The notes under the pieces were generated by a model. That model did no database searches. It was not told the origin of the DNA and was given only the letters and a program-made list of their open reading frames with translations. This document shows positions 24,511 through 35,595 of a stretch of 64,000 nucleotides of DNA, piece by piece. Positions within the stretch are counted from its first letter, which is position 1. Every line of letters starts with the position of its first letter. This stretch comes from Macrostomum lignano (Eukaryota): positions 121,938 through 185,937 of the forward strand of contig NIVC01000555.1 of NCBI GenBank assembly GCA_002269645.1. Reading direction: 5' to 3'. The position numbers and the translations under genes were made by a program.

Positions 24511-24771
24511 GTTTCTATGCATGCTATATATATATTTTGGGTGTAGTTTAACGGTTTAAAGTGTGATAGGGTGTTCAACTGATGTCAGGGTGCTACAGAT
24601 GGTATACCTGGTCAGGGAGTTTGGAGCAGAGTTATGGAGGTTTGAGTTAGGGCGATCTATGCAGGAATAAATTTTCACGCTCGCCAATCAATAGTAATCA
24701 GTATTGCAGACAAATTAAGAGTTAGTTATGATGGTCAAATTGTGTTCATCCAAGTCAGACGCAATACGTCA

Positions 24772-26920
24772 CTACGCCGTGTTATACTGAACTTGCAGCA
24801 CTGAGAAGCAGGCATCTAACTTATTCCGTTCTTTCTCCAGTTCTTCAGCATGTCTGTCCAGTTCAAGATAGGTGCTACAGTTTCCTTTCAGTTGGTTTTT
24901 GATATCTTCAACTGAGCTGGCAGTTGGCCAGGAATGATTCCGGTGATCTACGATCTGTGTGGCTGCATGAGACACGGTAGCTCCCGTTCTGTCAGACAGC
25001 TGGTCAGAGTACTTCTCCAATGTCTCCGCTAGTTTGCCATGCACATTCGGCAGATGGGTATTGTAAGTTCTCAGGCAGCCGATGAAGCTGTCTAGATTGC
25101 TTTTCAGTTCTTCTACTCGGCTGAAATAATAATATTTTTCGCAAAATAAGCGAGATTTAAAATGAAAGCTACTAGCAATCAAGCGCGTATTACACAATAG
25201 GCAGGTGTGGCACCGTCAGGTAACCGACAGGTGTGATACTAGACTGCATTCACAAATGACACTTGTGACACAGGGTTGCATGCACTCAAAAAATGGAAAC
25301 ATTTTATCACCGATATGCGCCGAAGTAGGAAAAACAATTTGTCGATAAGTATTGAAAATGTACCACTTACAAGAGCACAGAATATGCACAGAACACTCAA
25401 TCACGCATTTCAAGCAATTTCTTGCACAAGAGTTGCATTCTGCACTAGTTAATCTCATTGTGAAGAAAAACTAAGTAGGCCGAACGGCACTTTGCAAGTT
25501 TTTTTGCAATATCGTATACGCTACTATTACTGAGTTGTCCGGTCTAAAAATTCAAAAAAGATATCTAATTTTCCCTTTGTTTTGTTTTGTTTTTAGGCTT
25601 ATTTTCTGTGCTAGTTCCGCTAAATGAAATGCTATAGCTTTTTTTGTTAAAGTCCACCCAGGCTCTCTATCTAAAAATAAAAGAGAACTGGGAGTTTTTC
25701 ATAAATTTCTATACATTTAATTCATACTACTGAGAAGGTTCGCTAGATAAGTAGGCTGTGCGAAGTTTAATTCTTTTTGTAGTAGGAACCATTATTGGAC
25801 ATTCTGTGTATATTCTGCAGTAAGAACGACAACAGAGTAAATACGCTCGCATGAATGTCGGATGAGGTGAAATAGACTAGTCATCAGCAAATCTGTGATC
25901 GGAGGCAACCTGCACCTATAAAAGTGGACGCATTGGATACATCGCAAGACTTTACAAACGCCAATATTGTGAGCTACATGTATTACAATGAAGCCTTACC
26001 GTCCCTGGGTTATCAGCCTCGTTGCAGTCGAATGAAGATTCGCTGAAGAAGCTGCTATATTATTCTCAACGCGCTGTATGGCTCTAGCGTCCGAAGTTTC
26101 TAGGCGGCTGGATTCTATCAGACGTTGGGCCACTTCGCGACACTGCTGAGTCTCGTTTTTCTCTAAAGTGAGTGCCTCCGACACGTGCAGTTTAATGCTG
26201 GTGATGGCATTGCCTAGCTCAGATGAGTGGTGTTCCAAACTTCCGGCTGCCATCAAGCGGGTCACCGTGCCATCAGTATCGTTCAGCATCTGAATCCGTC
26301 TGATCTTGTGATCCAGATCGGTCCTTAGATCAGTCAGTTCTCCGATGAGATAATCGATTTTTTTCAAAACGGCTCTGCTGTTTTTGATGCGGTTAAGATG
26401 ACTGTGCAAACTTGTAACAGAAAAATATTCATTCTGATCTGCCAATGTATCGGAAAGTGATTGAAGCCGAGTTCGAATTGTGATGCATTTGTCCAGCAGA
26501 TGTAACTGAATAGCATTTAATCTTCCCAGGCACAATCTGAACGTGCGGAGTGCTTCAATAGCCAGGTCAAGCTGACTACGCAGCTCATCAAATGCATCGA
26601 TCCTAAAACAACCTTTGTTCTGACGGCAGTACCAGGATACTGTCGACTAAATTCATCGAGCTCAGAGGAATAGCAAATTCCTCGATCTTTTTGGACCAGT
26701 GTCGTACGTTAGACCACTCGAAATTCGCTTGGTGTCGTTCTTGAGTGGTTAAACCAGGAGATCTAGACAGAATATAGGCGACAGACTCACACAGTTGGGT
26801 CTCTTGCTCCACCAGTCCATAAACATCAGAGAGCTTTTTGAAAAGCTGCAAGCTAATCCGGCTAGCATCAGACTCAGCAGCGGCTACCAGCTGAGCTGGA
26901 GTGTCCACCTGGGATGCCAT
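24772..26920 (-). CDS. Two-exon helical/coiled-coil protein of unknown function, 422 aa after one homopolymer correction
   Basis: ORFs 26603..26920 and 25996..26535 fuse (EQRLFRIDAFDELRSQL) if one base is removed from aaaa 26605-26608. Donor CG|gtaagg after 26000 and acceptor ttattatttcag| before 25120 are both phase 2, joining ORF 24772..25197. Confidence 0.65.
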
Positions 26921-28190
26921 TGCTTTGCTTTTAGAAATACTTGCTTAAGCTATACAGGTTTCTTCACAAAATGACATACAACAAAGTTAACTGTTAGCTA
27001 TAGCTACAAGTAATAGGAATTACGAGTTTTTTGTATGTGACAATCAAAACAATAATTTCTATTGCTTATATAGATTGCTTAGTTAAATAAGGAACAAAAT
27101 ACTTGTACGTTCGAGTTAGCTACTCACGAAACAAGTGTATTGCATATGTACGTTTTTCACAGCAGTCATTATTTCACAAACTTATTTCTCGCTAATGCAA
27201 AGTTAAGAGGAGGTGAATAGATATTACTGTACAAGCATAAAAGGCGGGAGTGCAGTCACGTGATGAAATGCGTACTTACATATAGGGGTTAACTGTTCAT
27301 GGGGATCGAAACAACTTTGGAACAATGGCCAAAACTAATAGTACTCTTTAGCTTCTTGAGGCTAGCTATAACTGCTTCTACATGTATTCAAGAGACTATA
27401 TTTCAGGAAAGTTTTATATTTTCTCTATGCACACTATATAGTGGCATGGCTAGCGTAAACAGGGTTCGGCAATAGCAGTCAGCACAAAGAAAGAAGAGGC
27501 CAAGCACTTTACTTTTAGTGGCGCCAAAAAGAATTTCAGGATTAAACGCACCATGTATCGCATAGTGTGCATAGTGTACAGTGTTCTATATAGGATCATC
27601 AGTACAATACAGCATGAGGCACTGGTACAACATACTTCACTCGTTGATATGGAGTGACCTTCCCCTAAGTGAAGAAAATTTTACTGAAAATTGTACATGT
27701 AGATGTACGCTTTAGTTGTGCAACAAGAAACGAAACAGCCAGAAAATTCTGATGGCCTGTCCGTGAAAAACCGCGCTTACTAGGAACTTGCCACAACTGC
27801 GAGTAAGAATTGACATTAATGCATTACATATTATAGCCCATTTCATACTTTATTTTGAGTTCAGCTGTTGAATGATATTAAAATGCATCGATCCAGTGAT
27901 AGAGTGATCGATGTATCGATTTGAAATGAGTTAACAACAGCTATACCAGCCCACAGCACAACAACAGCAGTACTTTAAGGATTCTCTTATATACAAGATT
28001 CCATTATCTGTCCCCTTAAACCATATGAAAGAAACCAGTTTAAGGCAGAGAAAAAGCCAAAATTTTTCACTTGAGGGGCTCCAGCACCAGACATCATTGC
28101 AGTTTTAAAAAAAAATTTCGAGTTGTTTTTGCATTTCATCTTAAGCGTATAGCTGGTACTGTTACAATTCAAGTGCAGTCTGTATGCAAA

Positions 28191-28232
28191 GGAAACTCCG
28201 TGAAATTTCCACGAAAAATCCGTGAAAAACCC
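28191..28232 (+). promoter_or_regulatory. Four Rel/kB-like 9-mers at exact 11-bp period upstream of the LRAT-like gene
   Basis: GGAAACTCC 28191, GAAATTTCC 28202, GAAAAATCC 28213, GAAAAACCC 28224. Function inferred. Confidence 0.4.
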
Positions 28233-28334
28233 AGAAATTTATTTATTTTGTGATTTAGTAGTGCGTCCTATAAAAGTTTCTTTACTAATCTTGTTTTCTC
28301 TTGTTGCGCTCGTTGCTTTTGCCAAAGACCGTAG

Positions 28335-28858
28335 AAAAAAGGTGCGTCGGATTCACAAACGGATATACTGACTACAAACCATGCGACTACGAAGAGGCGC
28401 TGAAAAATTTAAAACCAGGATCCAGTGTAAGTTTCAACAGAGGCAGTGTATATCACTTCGCAATTTACATGGGAATGGAAGATAAACCAGACGGTACAAG
28501 CTTTCCTGCTATCTGGCATTACTACGGTCCTGTTGATAACATGAGAATTCGAATAGACGACTTTCGCGACGTTATTCAAGGCTGCACTATACGCGTTTAT
28601 CGCTGCAACTGTTCCGAATCAAAAAGGTCTGATGTCATACGAAGATGTAAGAGTAGACTCGGAGAAGGCGGCTACAATGCAGTGTCGAACAATTGTGAGC
28701 ACATTGTCCGCTGGGCTATAAATGGTGAAAGCGTCAGCTATCAATCGCTCGCAACATTTATTCCGGTCACAATGCCATTTCAACTGGTTCGCCTATCTTT
28801 TGGGTCTCTATTTGGGGGAGGTTCCTCTGGATCTTCGTCAAGCTGTGTATGCTCTTGA
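28335..28858 (+). CDS. LRAT/PLAAT (H-box/NC, permuted NlpC/P60) family acyltransferase/phospholipase with C-terminal CaaX; 5' end unresolved
   Basis: PGSSVSFNRGSVYHFAIYMG (His), AIWHY (second His), GGYNAVSNNCEHIVRW (NCEH); ends SSSSCVCS-stop. No in-frame ATG before the first His; candidate branch point tactaat at ~28283 and acceptor tag at 28334. Confidence 0.85.
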
Positions 28859-29329
28859 TGATCTGTTCAAGCCTGGAGTAAAGGAATCCAAGAAGAGCAC
28901 AGTTTGCACCAAATTAAAACAAGTCTTTGCCTAGGAAAAAATAAGACCAGGGCATCTCTTGCTCATTAAATATTCACATGTACTTAATATTATTCTTAAT
29001 CCAAAATTGTGCTATAATATTCTAATATTCTAATATTCTTACATGGCATAAACGTACAGAAATTTTTCTGTTTATTGTTACGCTATATTTTCTTAATTTC
29101 TACTTTCAGTAGAGCAAATCGAACTTTGTTGTTTTTGCCTATGTAATACTTTTTCCAGAATTTATTAGTCGTCGATATTTTCCACGAATACAATATAATA
29201 TTATATGTACATATGCCGTTGTGCAGTAGCTAGTTGTAATGTTTTTCCTCTCTCTTGTCTTTACCCGCTTCGTCTTTTATGACTCCAAGAGCTTGGTCGG
29301 TGCTGTTTCAAATTTTACTGTCATCATGG

Positions 29330-29600
29330 TGCTCCCAGACTTCGCAACAGCTAACCCCCAGTTACAACAGCTCTGCCGCAAAAATTACAGCAGAAGGGAA
29401 CTGATGGGGGTTGTTTTGCTACGTTATTTGCATATTAAATAGGCCGTCAAAGTCTCTCCAGACATGAACCCCATCGAGAATGTCTGAGACTTCGTAAAAT
29501 GGAGAGTTCAGAAGGGAGTATCGCAGAATTGCCCTATAAGACTTAAGAGTTCATCACCGGCTGTTGATTAGGATGCCACTGCGAGTGATTACACTTTTGC
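29330..29600 (+). mobile_element. Degenerate Tc1/mariner transposase remnant
   Basis: 29458-29490 reads PDMNPIENV*DFVK, matching the WPxxSPDLNPIENxW motif, with stop and frameshift. Confidence 0.6.
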
Positions 29601-30402
29601 ATGCTCGCAGTTGCTGCATTAAAATAGAAATAAAACTTAAAATAGCATTAGATGCATTGCTTAACTTTTGTGCCGCGTTTGTCTGACGTAAATTCATGAT
29701 AATTCGGATTGCCAGAAACTAGATAATTTCTATTCTAACTACGCAAGTTTCTCTTATAATACGGCTATTATTAATCAGTATTCATGAATATTATATTTAT
29801 ATATAGAAAGACATTTCACCTTTTAAATTGAAATAGTTTCTTTGCGAAAGTACGCATCTGATTTTCTTTACTAAACCAATTAATGCTTGAAAATGTGAAG
29901 TGAGTTTCTCGAACCGTAATTTTTGTTAAAATAAACTCGAAATGAGTACGTAGTAGCGACTTATAAACACATTTTTAGTAAGTTAATCTGAAGCTATAAA
30001 AGCCGGTTTGTAAGCTTTTTATTGATTCTTCGTTGTTGTTTCTCACTGTAATTGTTTCTCTCAATATAACAGTAATAATAACAAATTAATCTGCGACACA
30101 GATAGACATTCAGCAAGGCTTGGTAAAAGCTTCTCAAAGGATCGGAGGCATGCAGAAAAAGCCTTAGACGGCATACAAGCAATGTCCAAAGCAGCAGATT
30201 CTACGAAGGCGTTCCTGGTATTCAGAGTTGCTTTGCTAATAATTGCTTTTATTAATTTGCACAACTAAAGACAGCTACTTTGCAGTCTCAGAGAATAATT
30301 GCTCCATTGAATTAAGTATGGATTTAGGAGCATAGTCGCTGTGTACTTTTGTTAATTCAGTCTGAACTTTCTGCGTGCTCGCTACGTATATGATATAGCC
30401 AG

Positions 30403-30792
30403 TCAGCACCGGAGTCGCAAAAGCTGTTCAATGACACCGTGAAAAACCCAGCAAATGGTCACGATGACTTTGAAGACCTGCCAGAAGCAGCAGCACAGGC
30501 AGCAGCAGACCTGACGGGCTGTCAGCTTTTCATCTGATGATTCTTCTGGTTGCAGTGGTTCCTGCTGCAGTTGCTGCTCCTGCGGTTGCTGCTCTTCCGG
30601 ATGTTGCTTGTGCGGTTGCTGCTCTTCCGGATGTTGCTTGTGCGGTTGCTGCTCTTCCGGATGTTGCTTGTGCGGTTGCTGCTCCTGTGGTTGCTGCTCC
30701 TGCGGTTGCTGCTCCTGTGGTTGCTGCTCCTGCGGTTGCTGCTCCTGTGGTTGCTGCTCCAGCGGTTGCTGCTCCTGCGGTTGCTGCTCCAT
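30403..30792 (-). CDS. CYSTM-like protein, 129 aa: Gln/Pro/Glu repeat N-terminus plus Cys-rich hydrophobic tail
   Basis: ATG 30792; (QQPQE)n and HKQHPEEQQP repeats, then VCCCLCCCFWQVFKVIVTICWVFHGVIEQLLRLRC. Confidence 0.65.
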   Translation of the reverse strand: MEQQPQEQQPLEQQPQEQQPQEQQPQEQQPQEQQPQEQQPHKQHPEEQQPHKQHPEEQQPHKQHPEEQQPQEQQLQQEPLQPEESSDEKLTARQVCCCLCCCFWQVFKVIVTICWVFHGVIEQLLRLRC

Positions 30793-31399
30793 CTCAGACC
30801 AAGTACATAGAGTTTTCTCACCAATAGACATTGTGGAGCCTCTGTTCTTAGTCGAAGAATTTTCAGCTAAATTTGAGCCCGATCTTTCGAGAAAGTTAAG
30901 ACAACTTTGCTAATTTTTTCCACAAAAATAGCTGGCATTTATAGCAACAAGAATTGCAGACTTGTGTCAAAAATTCTCTTAATAAAAGATCTTCATGAAG
31001 CAAAAACAGCAAAAATCTTCCTGTCATGCATGAAAATGGTTAATCCTAAATATTGCAGAGACAGCTAATTGCGTCTGTTGTCTGCTGTTACTAATTGTCT
31101 ACAAAGGACCTTGCATATATATTTTCTTCAGTTAGAACTTATGTGGTGCACATGTCTTGCCGATTCTTTTTCAAAGATCTTCTTCGATTTCTTCGCGCAA
31201 ACATAAAAGCATTCTTCTGCATCAGAACAGTTTGTTGAGTCTTTCTACTGCCGAATGGACGCGAACAACTAGAGTAAAAGTTAAATGAGGCGGACTTATG
31301 TCGCCTTAAATGGATTTTTTTCAACTTATCTCAAAGGGGATGTCAAATGAAAGGGGACACCACTTTCGTTTTTACGGTCATACCTACCTTTTGCCTGAC

Positions 31400-33200
31400 A
31401 ATCTCGGTGTATTCTCGCGCCGCCCTTCGCTTTCAGGTCGCCTCCGCTCTGGAGACGGGCCGCCCAAGAAGGTGGTCTCCGCCGGTCTGCTCTTCCGCCT
31501 CGCCCTCGCAGACAGCTTGTGGAAATCCCACAGCAGCCAATTCAAGGCCTGGCGTGCGTTATGTGATCAGGTGGGCATCGGTCCGATCACAGCCAGCGAG
31601 AGCGACCTGTGCCAGTACGTCGTCCACCTGGTGCAATCACGGATCAGCGCCTTCTCGGCCCTGCGGTCCTACATCAATGCTGTCTCGGTGCTCCACCAGC
31701 TGGCCGGCTCGCCAGACCCAGCTCGAGTTCTTTTTGAGCGGCGCTCGGCGCTTCCTGGGGCTTCAGACCAAGAAGGCGACGGCGCTTGAGCCTGCGGCTT
31801 GCGAGCGACCCTGTGCCCCGAACCTGTGGTCTGCATTCTGCGCCGCCTTGCTGGTGGCCTGGTGGGGGCTGATCCGAGTTGGCGACCTGCTGCCGGACTC
31901 TGGAGCTTCCGAGCTGCGCTCTAGCCATCTGTGCTATTCCGGCTCTGGGCTGGTGCCCTGTCAGTGCGGAGTTGCGCCACCTGCGCCAGAATCCGCTTAC
32001 GGACATTTCCCCTCCGGCGTTTCCCCTCCGGACACTTCCCCTCGGGGACTTTTCCCCTCCGGACATTTCCCCTCCGGACACTTCCCCTCGGGGACATTTC
32101 CCCTCCGGCGTTTCCCCTCCGGACACTTCCCCTCGGGGACATTTCCCCTCCGGCGTTTCCCCTCCGGACACTTACCCTCGGGGACTTTTCCCCTCCGGAC
32201 ATTTCCCCTCCGGACACTTCCCCTCGGGGACATTTCCCCTCCGGCGTTTCCCCTCCGGACACTTCCCCTCGGGGACTTTTCCCCTCCGGACATTTCCCCT
32301 CCGGACACTTCCCCTCGGGGACTTTTCCCCTCCGGCGTTTCCCCTCCGGACACTTCCCCTCGGGGACTTTTCCCCTCCGGACATTTCCCCTCCGGACTTT
32401 TCCCCTCCGGACTTTTCCCCTCCGGACATTTCCCCTCCGGACATTTCCCCTTCATCTATAACGAAATAACAGTGCCTTCGGACATGTCCAAAGAGAACAT
32501 AAGTTGCACATATATATATATATATGTATGTATATAAGTGTATATATAAATGTAACAATATTAGTAATATTATAATATTATAGTATAAAAATAATAATAT
32601 ACAAAATAATATAATTATATAATAATAATAATATATAAAAATATTAATAATAAAGATAATAATAAATTATATTATAATTTTATTATATTAAAACCTATAA
32701 TAAAACATAATAAAACCATCTACTCTCACTTTTTACTTACATAATTTTTAAAATAAAAGCGATCTAACAGCATAACTACATGGATGTGACGTACATGCGT
32801 GCAAAACTTCTTTTTGGCATGTTCTAAAGCTCTGTTATTTTGTTATAGCTGGATGGGAAATGTCCGGAGGGGAAATGTCCGGAGGGGAAATGTCCGGAGG
32901 GGAAAGGTCCGGAGGGGAAACGCCGGAGGGGAAATGTCCGGTAGCCGCCAGAATCGCATCGGCGCCACAGTCCCGTTGTTCTCCTACCTCGTGGGCTCGC
33001 TTAGGCAGCGTTTGAAGCCTCGTCTGAGGACCTCGCTTCTGCGGCAGGCACTGCGTAACTGCGGTTTCAACCGTCCGCCTTCTCCGACCACAGCCTGCGG
33101 CGCGGTGGGGCCACTTTGCCTTGCAGTCGGGGGTGGCCTTGCCTGATATCATAGCCCTGGATGACTGGCGCTCTGACTGTGTGAAGCGCTACTTCAGTGG
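31400..33200 (+). mobile_element. Degenerate tyrosine recombinase of a DIRS/Ngaro- or Crypton-type element, split by an insertion
   Basis: Core-binding region (QFKAWRALCDQ...LRSYINAVSVLHQLAGSPDP), catalytic AALLVAWWGLIRVGDL, and after the insertion HSLRRGGAT...DWRSDCVKRY; several frameshifts. Confidence 0.8.
31994..32946. mobile_element. Non-autonomous foldback/Mutator-type element with tandem-repeat TIRs and 9-10-bp TSD
   Basis: cggacatttcccctccggcgtttcccctccggac at 32000 is the reverse complement of the arm ending at 32940; AT-rich core 32500-32750; (c)gccagaatc duplicated at 31984-31993 and 32946-32955. Confidence 0.85.
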
Positions 33201-33849
33201 CCCGCAAATCTCGGGCGGTTGGTCAGATGGTGTCGCATTTTTAATCCCCCCCGTCTCTAATCTGACCAACTGTCTTATCCTCTTTGGGGCTGGGAGTTCG
33301 TTTGCTGTTCCCCCTTGAATGCTTCGTTGCGCTGTTGCCGCCTCTTGCTCGCCAAACGCAGCTTTGTTTGCCTCTTTGCCTGTTTATCCTCAATTACCCC
33401 AGCTCACGGCAACAATTGCTGCCGAAAAAATCTGTATATATCGTTACATTTCGATTTCACTATTGCTAGTGAGAGGGCTGAAAAAACTCAACGTCTATGA
33501 CATTCTTTTCATACGCACGTGTATCCAGTTATTGTTTGTCACCATGGCAGAAGCACTAAATCGGTTCACTGTACAGCCAGTGTCAATCACCAAGGCGTCT
33601 GGTAACAGATCGACGATACGAATATACTGGTAAGCTAGCTGCGAAACCTTTCTATCTCAGGGGAAACTTAAGAATTTATTTATTTATGACATAGCTACGA
33701 GCGGAACTAGCATCTTGCTACGAGTACTAATAGTTAGCAGGACCTAAAAGTTTCCATACGTTATTGTAGCTTCCATTGTAGCTTTCTAAATTTCCAGTAA
33801 ATGATAAGTAATTACAAGTATTAATGACATCTGTCCATCGCTGCATACA

Positions 33850-34020
33850 ACACCCTCAATCACCCCAGCTAATGCTGGCACCCATTTTACAGCTGGGTGA
33901 ACTGAAGCAATGCAGAGAGAGTTAAGTGTCTTGCTCATGAACACAAATAGTTCCCAGTGGGTCGAGAATCGAACCCGCGACCTTCAAGTCGTGAGTCCGA
34001 AGCTCTAACCACTGAGATAC
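33850..34020 (-). mobile_element. tRNA-derived CORE-type SINE, copy 2
   Basis: Minus strand A box TCTCAGTGGTTAGAGC and B box GGTTCGATTCTC, followed by the same CORE-like body as 2640-2797. Confidence 0.7.
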
Positions 34021-35340
34021 AACCCCAAACGTAGGAGCTAGTACATCCGCACTTTCTATAAATAACAATTATTCCTATTTAAATCAAAAAAAAATTTCTC
34101 CCCTTTTCTTCGAACTTCCTTGACAAAATATTTTTACACATGCTATGCGTATTATGTATAGTTTAACTATTTGCTATATTAGTCTACTCAGTAACATTAA
34201 AAAGTCGCCACTTCGCCACTCTATGTGCCAGATAGCAATTTCTCTTGGACTATTTCTGAACTAAACGATGCGAGAAAACTGAGAGGTAGCTTTATCCGTC
34301 CAACCCTCGCACACCGCTCCCCTCACTTCATTCCTCAACTTAAGTCTGCCGCGTGGCGTAGCTGAGTTGCGTCACTCGCAAGGATTGAGAGGCTTTACCT
34401 GCACTCTCAAAAGTGGCGACCACAGACGGAATCTTCTGTGATGGCGAACTTTCGATGTTGCTGAGTATATTTTCGACATTTACTTCTGACAGTGCTGTAA
34501 TATATTGAATAAAATACCTTATATTTGTTATAATTGTACAAAATTCTAGACGCACTTCAATTAAATATACCTATAAATATATGCCTGGCACTACACAAGA
34601 ACATCAAGCTAGAACAGCTAGAACATCAAGCCTCTAGTTAAGAAAACCGATTGAATTGATGAAATAAATAAGTACATGTGAGCGTATCTGCTTTTTTTCA
34701 CTGTCGAGCTCCCTAATCGAAAAATATCCAAGCCCTTTGCGGTTATCAGTTTATTTTCTACTATAAAATAGTCGGATTGCGAAACATCGTAATAAAAAAT
34801 GATAATATAAAAAATTGACAAGTACAATTTGAAAGTTTTCACCCAAAACCAGTTCGCGAGGGCTGAGATATGAGAGTGGTAGCTTTAATCCAACTCTTAG
34901 CCATTACTCTCAACTCTCTCCTCACCACCCTATGCCAGTGCAACTCGCATCATCACCCACAGTTGAGACGGGATCAGCAAGCGTGGTTGTGAATTGCGTC
35001 ATTTAGAGAAAGTTTGGGAAAATTTGACTACTCGTTTCGGGGTGGACGCATTAACATGCTGCTTAGTTTGTATCAGACTGAAACATGCATTACTTTAATA
35101 TTTTAAGTTTTGCTTCGAAATAAAGTATGGCAAGTTATTTATAGGAGCTATAACGCATTAAAACTTTGTTATTGTGGAGAACTACTATTGAGTAAAATTA
35201 AATGATGGAAGCAAGTTCTTACTTTCCTAAAAAGTATTCATTTAAATGGTAAATAGCAAATTGTTTTTCTAAAATACAAAGACTTATAAAAGTCTGAAAA
35301 GAAAGCAACGACTACGTCGACTAGCAAATTAAAATTTAAA

Positions 35341-35595
35341 TCAATTGCTACAATCTTTAAAAATATCTAGAAAGAACTGGCAGCACTCCATACAGCACAT
35401 ACAGATGATCAAACAGGCGCAGGCATTCTCCCTTGCGTCACTGCGTTTATTGTCCGTACCAGCACGGACGCTGTCTGTTGGAACTTCTGGCTCCTGCTCA
35501 AGCTGGCAGCGCTCCATGCAGCTGCTCTCGTTGCTGCCCCCGCCAGTACCAGCAGGGACAATGTCTGTTGGAGCTTTGACTGTTGAATCCTGCAT
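35341..35595 (-). CDS. CYSTM-like small protein, 84 aa
   Basis: Hydrophilic N-terminus then ENACACLIICMCCMECCQFFLDIFKDCSN-stop; tail pattern shared with 46937 and 54237. Confidence 0.65.
   Translation of the reverse strand: MQDSTVKAPTDIVPAGTGGGSNESSCMERCQLEQEPEVPTDSVRAGTDNKRSDARENACACLIICMCCMECCQFFLDIFKDCSN

Noticed and set aside
28270-28340. Signal-peptide-like frame IKVSLLILFSLVALVAFAKDRRK in front of the LRAT ORF
   Set aside because: No ATG, needs a frameshift, overlaps a branch point and pyrimidine tract, and conflicts with a cytosolic CaaX; more likely an intron 3' end.
33960-34020. tRNA gene
   Set aside because: A/B boxes present but it runs into a SINE body shared with 2640-2797; no full cloverleaf.
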